DNA of 64,000 nucleotides from Octopus vulgaris (lineage: Eukaryota). The stretch is taken from contig OX597837.1 of the NCBI GenBank assembly GCA_951406725.2, forward strand, positions 35,526,001-35,590,000. Reading direction: 5' to 3'. The position numbers and the translations under genes were made by a program. The notes beneath the pieces are model-generated. The model worked only from the letters and a program-made list of their open reading frames with translations, did not search any database and was not told where the DNA came from. The first letter of the stretch is position 1, and the number at the start of each line of letters is the position of its first letter. This document shows positions 55,407-64,000 of this stretch, piece by piece.

Positions 55407-56576
55407 AATACAGAGGGAGTTCCACGTGGTTGTGAAGCAAAATTTTTAATCGCACAGCCACGTTTGTGCTGATCACTAGATTCTAATAAATCTCTTAATA
55501 CAAACACATATACATCCATGCTGGTGTTGTGTAAAACAGTGGAGTCGAAACAAAAAGGGTGCCACATGAAAGGCATCCAGTAGAGTTACAACTGGCATCC
55601 AGCTGTAGAAACCAAACGAAAACAGACTGGACTGTAAAGTGGTCATAACTGGTACTTATTTAATCGACCCCGAAAGGATGAAAGACAAAGTTTGATATAA
55701 AGACAGACGAAATACCTATTTCTTTACTACCCACAAGGGACTAAACACAGAGAGGACAAACAAGGACAGACAAATGATGATGATGATCTATCTATTAGAG
55801 CTGATATAAATGTTGGCTGGTTGATCTCCTGTCATGTTTGATATCATATATATATATATATATATTGAAAGGCAAAGTCGACCTTGGTGGAATTTGAAAT
55901 AGAAATACCGCAAAAGCATTTAGCCAGCTCACCGCCTTTCTGTCTGCCAAATTCACTCATAAAGAATCAGTTGGTCTGGAACTGTACTAGAAGACACTTG
56001 CCTGAGGTACCGTGCAGTGAGATTGAGCCTGAAATAGGTACCAGTCGAAACATGACTGATGTGGAGTTAACGAACATGTGGAAGGGGTAGACTCAGGAAG
56101 ATGTAGGACGAAATGGTGAGAGTGGATCTTCAGATGTTGGGGATGACAGGGGTCCGAGGCCTCTGGTGGCTTGCTGTGCTCTTGAAGAGACATCAAGCTA
56201 AGTGTGGTTGTCCTTGTCCCCTGCATCCCTTTCCTGTTGAGTGTCCCTAATCTTGCTAGTGCCATACTAAATATATATACTTTGACTCCGATTCCTCTAC
56301 TATTGGTGACTCTTGACTCCTCTACTATTGGTGACTCTGACTCCTCTTTATGTAATTGACTGTGGTCTACATATCTCATACAGCATATATATAGCCAAAC
56401 AGATAAGGTGCAGGGATATAAACAAAGCAACACTTGTTATTAGGCAGTAATAGTCTCGGTGATACACACACACAAACACATATATACACAGCAGGCTTCC
56501 ACACAGTTTCTATCAACCAAATTCACTCACAAGGCGTTCATTGGTCCAAAGCTATATTTGAAGCCATCAGCCCATA

Positions 56577-57215
56577 AGTGCTTCAAAGCCACAGTCGAAC
56601 CAATTCTACTCTATGGCTCAGAAACCTGGACGTTATCAAAGAAGCTTGAGAGGCGGTTGGATGGAACCTACACTTGCCTCCTTATGAGAGCTCAAAATCT
56701 CTTGTGGAAGCACCATCCAACCAAAATGCAAATATATGGGAAACTACCACCTGTGTCATCTCTTGTGAAAGGTAGGAGAGTCCAGTTTGCTGGACATTGT
56801 TGTAGAGCTGAAAACGAGGCAATTTCTACTCTTCTCCTCTGGAAGCCATCTGCTCGCACACTCTCTTACCCTGATGTAATCTCCAGGGATACAGGCATCC
56901 AGCAACAGGACCTCCGTAATGCCATGATGGACCGTGAAGTCTGGCGTAGCATGGTAAATTCCATTGTCTCTTGTGAAAGGTAGGAGAGTCCAGTTTGCTG
57001 GACATTGTTGTAGAGCTGAAAATGAGGCAATTTCTACTCTTCTCCTCTGGAAGCCATCTACTCGCAATACCAGAGGGCGCACGCTCTCCTACCCTGATGT
57101 AATCTCCAGGGATACAGGCATCCAGCAACAGGACCTCCGTAATGCCATGATGGACCGTGAAGTCTGGCGTAGCATGGTAAATTCCATTGTCTCGACCACG
57201 GTCGAACAATGATGA
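56577..57215 (+). mobile_element. RTE-like LINE 3' fragment with an internal ~210-bp tandem duplication
   Basis: FKATVEPILLYGSETWTL...RRVQFAGHC...MMDREVWR; 56760-56968 is repeated at 56969-57190. Confidence 0.85.
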
Positions 57216-59737
57216 TGATAGTGCTTCATAGTGAGACTGAACTCAAAACCAGGTGCTCGCAAAGCAAGCATCTTAACCACATAGCCATGACAACATACAC
57301 ACATATATTAAAGCTTGGGAACATTGCATTTTTTAATGTCACCATAGAGAAACAGCTGTGCAGTAAATAAATATATTTTATATAGAAACTGTCTTTTTTT
57401 TTTTTACTGACATGGTCTGAGTTCATTTCCATTTATACAACACTAACAACTTGTTACTGATGGCTTATTATTATTATTACTAAGGTGACAAGCTGACAGA
57501 ATCGTTAGCACACCAGGCATTTTATATGTCTTTTACACTCTGAGTTCAAATTCCGCTGAGGTTGATTTCGTCTTTCATCCTTTCGGGGTCAATAAATTAA
57601 GTACCAACCGACGACAGGCACCCATGCCAACCACCTTTGCTTGCGAAGACATGTTGGGGCAAGCGAAATCGAAATCGAATTGAACCAGCCAGGACCCCTG
57701 GTCTGGTGGTACGTAAAAAGCACTATCCGAATCGTGGCCGATGCCAGCGCCGCCTCGACTGGCTTCCGTGCGGTGGCACGTAAAATACACCAATCCGACC
57801 GTGGCCGTTGCCAGCCTCGCCTGGCACCTGTGCAGGTGGCACGTAAAAAGCACCCACTACACCCACGGAGTGGTTGGCGTTAGGAAGGGCATCCAGCTGT
57901 AGAAACATTGCCAGATAAGACTGGAGCCTGGTGCAGCCTCCATGGCTTCCCAGATCCCCGGTCGAACCGTCCAACCCATGCCAGCATGGAGAACGGACGT
58001 TAAACGATGATGATGATGATGTTTCATTGGTAATCGACTAGCCTGTCCCTGCAAATTTCAGGCCTTGTGCCTTTCGTAGAAATTATTATTATTATTGTTG
58101 TTATCATTTCGGCGGCGACGATGGGAGAATTGTTAGCGTGCTGAGCGAAATACTTAATGGTATGCCGTCTGTCGCTATGCTCTGAGTTCGAATTCCGCCA
58201 AAGTCGACACTGCCTTTCATCCTTACGGGGACAGTAAAATAGGTACTGGAGTCGATGTAATCAACTATTCCTCTCCCACAAATTTCAGGCCTTGCGCGTA
58301 TAGTAGGAAGGAGCATTATCATCATTATTATTATTATTAGTAGTAGTATTAATAGAACTTATTACATGCCCAAACACGTCATCCATTGTGGATTAACGAC
58401 ATTTCAATTTTCAGTATCGTCAGTAATTTTTTTCCCCCTCTCTCTTTCTTTCGGTTTCAAATTTTGGCACAAAGCCAAAGTACGGAGGTTGAGGTGGGGG
58501 GCGGGGAGTCGATTACATTGACTCCTAGGGCCTCGAGTCCGGAACGATGGAAGCAAAGTCGGCCTCGGAGCAATTTGAACTCGGAACGTAAAGACGGAAG
58601 AAATGCCGCTGAATGTTTTGCCCGGCGTGCGAACGATTCTGTTAGTTCGCCGCCCTTTTTTTTTAACGTAAAATATTAAATGCTGGACGTTTATCAGTTG
58701 TGATTTATCCGGAAATACTGAAGTGTTGTTGTTGAGCCCCAAGTCAGCCTGATTGAGCAGACCTATGATGAAAGGCAATCCAGCCGTAACCACTCCATCG
58801 TTTATTTAGTTATTTTCTGATGCAGTGTATCGTACAACATTATCCAATATTTTTTTTTTCCTAAGGCGGCGAGCTGGCAGAAACGTTTGCACGCCGGGCG
58901 AAATCCTTAGCAGTATTTCGTCTGTCTTTTCGTTCTGAGTTCAAACTCCGCCGAGGTCGACTTTGCCTTTCATCCTTTCGGGGGTCGATAAATTAAGTAC
59001 CAGTTGTACACTGGGGTCGATCTAATCGATTGCCCCATCTACCACCAAATTTCGGGCCTTGTGCCTAGAGTAGAAAAGAATATTTTTCTTTCCTTTCTTT
59101 TAAATTTGAAAGAATTTTTGCTGCTATTTCTAGCAGCCAAGTTTTTTTTCGAATCAAACTCGCTCAGCCTCAGGAGATAGAATACTGGGACAGTGAGGTC
59201 TCGGTTTCCTTGTATATAGGGGGGGGGACGGTAAAAATTTACCAGAAAGACATGGTGATCATGTATGGAATGCCTTTCATCATAAGCCGGCTCCATCAAG
59301 TCAGAATGATGCTAAACAACAAAAGTAACTAATAAATGTTCTGCAATAAAATAGATACCAAAGTATTCACACTAAATAAATGCCAATAAGCAACATTGGG
59401 AATGCTAATTAAAAGCAAATTCTAATTACTTTATAATTTGCTGATTTGCATAGCTTTGATCTCTGCAAGAATTTCTTTTGGGAGTTTTTTCCAGGAAGCA
59501 AAATACAAACGCTAAAATATATTATATATGACGTCTAAGAGCGATCAGGGTTTGTTTAGAAGAACCCCCAATAAAACAACGATGAATAAAATACAGGAAA
59601 CTTTAAGGATCTTTTTAAAGATATTCGTTTAAAGCTGAATATTTATTAAATGTCTCAAAAAAATCTATCCGGCTACTTTCAGACATTTGAGTAAAGTGGG
59701 TGTTAAATACTCGAAAATGAAAGCAAATAAGACTTAC

Positions 59738-59867
59738 TCCGTTTCCATGATGTTAGGGGTGTCGATATTTCCACTCGAGATGATAACCAAGCAGGGAAAT
59801 TTGTCTTGAAAAGCCAAAATCGGACACTGAGACCAATTATGAAACATATTTGGATAACGATTTCCAT
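59738..59867 (-). CDS. PIGU: PIGU coding exon 1 (MEIVIQICFIIGLSVRFWLFKTNFPAWLSSRVEISTPLTSWKR+1 nt)
   Basis: Translated by hand from ATG 59867. RVEISTPLTSWKR matches the PIG-U N-terminal motif RVEVVSPLSSWKR. 130 nt, donor gtaagt, phase 1. Confidence 0.93.
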
Positions 59868-60015
59868 GACAGTCTTGCAATAAACGGTGTAGACACAATA
59901 AAATCCCTTGTGTAATTCTGGCTAAAATTTGTCCCTGACACACACACAACCTGACCACTTATCTTGGTTTCCAGAAATCCGAAAATAGTCTGGAATTCCC
60001 TGCAATATACTATAC

Positions 60016-60273
60016 CAGTGGTTTTTCAACCAGGGTTCCGCCAGTACAGTCCAGGGGTTCCGCAAGAAGTTACAAAACTACTAAAATCGGCAGTAATTTT
60101 TAAGATCTGACAAGTTGTGGTGCACCTGAGCACTGTATACAATTATTTCATTATTATAAGTCTCCTGTGCAAATATGTATGCATAAAACTATTAAATTAT
60201 TGGACAGGGGTTCCTCGAGCCAGTGGAATGTTTCCTCGGGGTTCCGCTCCAGCAAAAAGTTTGAAAAGCACTG
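60016..60273. mobile_element. hAT-type MITE with 8-bp TSD tactatac, about 150 bp upstream of the PIGU ATG
   Basis: Same family as 44626-44835; perfect TSD. Confidence 0.88.
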
Positions 60274-61149
60274 TACTATACCCTGTATTGAGTAAACAGA
60301 CTCTGTTTTTGAAGTTCGTTAATTTGCATTCGCTGTGTTAAAAATAGTTGTGGTGGTTACTTTTTTGAGTGGATTGATAAAGATTTAAAATACTCTGCAT
60401 TAGAATTTTACTAATTTGTACCTGTTTCTGTTGAATAAAATAATGTTCTTCATTTTTCTTCATTTAATTTTCATCCCATAAATATTATGCTTTATATATG
60501 GGTACAATATAATATATTTTAAGAAGTTTAAGTGGATAAATAAATATCAAACAGACTCTACTTTAGAAGTGTATTAATTTGAATCCGTTAAATACAATTT
60601 AGTTTTTCGCTTTTCCTAGTTTGTTTTATATTTTAAGTATATATTTATGCTGTTTGCAGAAAACCAGAAAATCCAGTCTACTTCAGGTGCCAAGCTTTCA
60701 GGATAATAGGTGTGGCTTGGTATAAAACAATTTCAAAGTAAATATTAATTGGTAATAGTTTTAGAAATTGGAATATATAAATAGAAATGAATATAAATTT
60801 TCGAAAACGTTATAATTATTGACCAACTATTCAAACATTTATATCTTAAGATTTTGTGCACTTTTTGTTGTATAAAAGCGAAATAAATATCGGTTTCAAA
60901 TCTTAGCACAAGGCCAGTGTGATTTCTGGGGAGGGGTAAGTCGATTATATCAGCTTATATTTATTTAATCAACCCACGATGGGATGGAAAGCGAAGTCGA
61001 CCGCGGCGGAATTTGAACTCGGAACGTCAAGTCAAGAAGAAATGCCACTAAGCAGTTTTTCCGACGTGGTAACGATTCTACCAGCTCGCGGCCTTGGAAA
61101 AAAAACTATCAAAATAAATATTAACAATTGATTTCTATTATATAATTTA

Positions 61150-61322
61150 TGGCGATCTTTCGTCTCTAGTAGACCTTTCCGTCGATTTCCGTAAAAAATT
61201 TTTTTTTTTACATATGGGCTTGCGGGAACTTTTGAAGTAATGAGAGCGAAAGAGACTAAGAGAAAGCGATTGTATGACGAGGGAAGTTCTTTTGAAGTTA
61301 CCGTCCAGGGGAAGCATTGATG

Positions 61323-61358
<36 letters not shown>

Positions 61359-61590
61359 ATGGGGTGTGGGAGACAGACAGTATGTTGTGCAAGTGAAGTG
61401 CTTCTGTTAGTGTGTGTGAAGAGACAGAGTAATGTGTGAAAGAAAGAGATAACTGAAATTTTTTACTCGGTGTATGTGTATATGTATGTATATTACTTCA
61501 AAAGTTCCCGCAAGCCCATATGTAAAAGGAAAAAAAATTTTTTTACGGAAATCGACGGAAAGGTCTACTAGAGACGAAAGATCGCCGCCA
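61150..61590. mobile_element. MITE with ~90-bp TIRs
   Basis: tggcgatctttcgtctctagtagacc...ttttgaagtaat is inverted at 61492-61590. Confidence 0.8.
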
Positions 61591-62248
61591 TATATTCTGA
61601 AAAATTTATCACATTTTATGAACCCTTTTTTTTTTTTAAACGAAACATTTTTTTATTGTCTTTTTTTTTTTCGGAATTTAAGTAAGGGCGCACCGGTTGT
61701 TAAGAGAGCGCTGCATGACGACAAATAGAATTACGAAGGGGAATTAACTCTAAACCAAGGAGTTCATAACTTCGGCGAATCTCTCCAAAATTGAAATGAA
61801 ACTGTTAAACGAAATGAAATTATACGATTTTCGGTTTATAATTTTCCAATGGAAAAATGGAGATCAATAACATTCTCTCCTCTGATTCTTTTTTCTGGTA
61901 AAACTTTTTTTTTAGATGAAAAACAATAATTGAATAAATGTAAAAAAAAAATAAAAATTACCCTTTAATATTATCGAAATGTATAATTATAACGTGACAT
62001 CCATATATCTATTGCAGTTTTTGTACAGGCAACTACTGAAACGGACAAATGTTAGATTTGACCAAATTTGCTGCTCTTAGAGAGAAGGATGGGAAGAAAT
62101 TCCAGACTCATGTTATAGAGTTCTTTCCCCTGTATTTCAAGCTAGTTTTGTCTTTGTGACTTATTGCTAGTTTCTGTCCCTGTTATGGTATCTATCCGAG
62201 AAGATGCAGCGCTCTTGAATATTTTATAAGATAACTACATACGATTTT

Positions 62249-62706
62249 TGGCGGAGGTAAAGGATACGTACACCACCCGTTTTCGGCGTTATCCCAATCC
62301 TAATCCTAACTCTAACCCTAAACCTAACCCTAGCCCTAATCACCGGGTGTGCGTATTCTTTACCTTCGCCATAGTGATGTATATGTTAAAATTGAGCGAA
62401 GGTAAAGAATACGCACACCCGGTGGTTAGGGTTAGGGCAGTGGTTTTCAACAAGGGTTCCGCCAGTACAGTCCAGGAGTTCCACAAGAAGTTAGAAAACT
62501 GCTAAAATCGGCAGTAATTTTTCATTCTCTTGTGCAGATATGTGTGCATAAGACTTAAATTATTGCACAGGGGTTCCTCAAGCCAGTGGAACGTTTCCTT
62601 GGTGTTCCGCTCCAGCAAAAAGTTTGAAAAGCACTGGGTTAGGATTAAGGTTAGGATCAGGGTTACACCGAAAACGGGTGGTGTGCATATTCTTTACCTC
62701 TGCCCA
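62249..62706. mobile_element. two oppositely oriented short TIR elements with internal (TAACCC)-like repeats; the second contains a hAT MITE (62438-62636)
   Basis: TIR gcgaaggtaaagaatacgcacacc; telomere-like hexamers; TSD ggttaggg/ggttagga around the hAT insert. Confidence 0.7.
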
Positions 62707-62758
62707 TAAATATATACAATTCTGTTTATGAGATATGAAAATGAAAGTTTGTATGTGC

Positions 62759-62795
<37 letters not shown>

Positions 62796-63075
62796 TATAA
62801 TATACAAACACACATACACACACGCACACACACAAAAGATTAAATCTTGCCTGGCTGTTAAAACCATCAGTTCAAGACATTAGGTTTTCAATCAAACTCT
62901 CTCCATTTTTGTTTCCCCGGTTTGTGTCTGATTTCAGTATTATTTTCTTCATGCATTATTCCGAGATAATTTTGGATCTGTAAGCAAATTTTGGAAATCA
63001 TTTGTTTAGAAATGGTGGTGTTGCTCCAAGACCAACAGACGAATATCAATGCTTAGATGCACACACACACACACA

Positions 63076-63149
<74 letters not shown>

Positions 63150-63160
63150 CTATCTATCTT

Positions 63161-63191
<31 letters not shown>

Positions 63192-64000
63192 ATGAATGTG
63201 TGTATCTTTGTATTTATATATACACCCCTGTCCCTGTGACATAGCAGTTTGGCAAAAGAGACTGATATAATAAGTACGAGACTGAAAACAAAAGAACAAA
63301 AGTAAGTACTGAGGTCTATCAGTTTGATTAAACTTTTCAAGGTGGTGCCCCAGTATGGCTACAGCCCAGAGGCTAAAACAAGATAAGAGATATATATAGG
63401 TCTCAACATAATCATCCTTTTGATTTTTATTGATGACATACCAGATTTTATAAATATATCATCACCATCATCTTTTGACATCTGTTTTCCATGCTTGCAT
63501 GGGTTGGACGGTTTGACATAAAGCTGGTCAGCTGAGGAGCTGTCCAGACTTCAATTTACTGTTGTGGCATGGTTTCTATGGCTGGATGCCCTTCCTAATG
63601 CCGGCCACTTTACAGAGTGAGCTGGGTGCTTCTTATATGCCACTGGCATGGGTGCAACTCTATCCAGCACCAGTACGAGTGCATTTTAGTGCATTTTATG
63701 TGTCACTGGTGCCTTTAATGGACAAGCCTGTATGTATGAATGACAGCGGTTTTACTTAGCTTGGCACATCTTCTCAAGTAAAGCAAATCGCAAATCCTGG
63801 TTCTTTGTCATTTCCTCAGCAAGGACCAGCATCTGAAGATCCTTTCTCATCACTTTGTTCCGCATCTTCCTGGGTCTACCTTTTCCATAGGCTCATCTCA
63901 TGGCATGGGTGCAACTCTATGCAACACCAGCACAAGTGCATTTTATGTAGCACTGGTTCATGTAAAGGACAAGCCTGTATTTATGGATGACAGCAATTTT

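Noticed and set aside
59734-59958. 74-aa ORF-track protein over PIGU exon 1
   Set aside because: Wrong frame; the PIG-U-homologous frame starts at ATG 59867.

Overview
Repeat-dense, AT-rich eukaryotic DNA. The SINE/RTE/microsatellite mix looks like a coleoid cephalopod (octopus-like) genome; this is inferred from the repeats only. One protein-coding gene is well supported: PIGU (GPI-transamidase subunit PIG-U/Gab1) on the minus strand, with 11 GT-AG coding exons from ATG 59867 to TGA 30717 (1323 nt, 440 aa). The ORF track shows it only in fragments. Its exons 2 and 3 lie in swapped genomic order inside a 45-56 kb zone that shows signs of chimeric assembly. The rest is tRNA-derived SINEs, RTE and CR1 LINE relics, Tc1/mariner, hAT and piggyBac-type elements, and large microsatellites. 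Features not explained by the ORF track: (i) several distinct minimal type-I hammerhead-ribozyme-like motifs in short TA-flanked foldback or direct-repeat elements (Penelope/retrozyme-like), including a 357-nt unit with 52-bp terminal direct repeats and a G3-C8 core-swapped variant; (ii) four back-to-back long hairpins in one PIGU intron; (iii) a 28-copy, ~164-bp satellite that arose from the right TIR of a mariner element at a 5-bp microhomology. Most long ORFs in the track are microsatellite artefacts.
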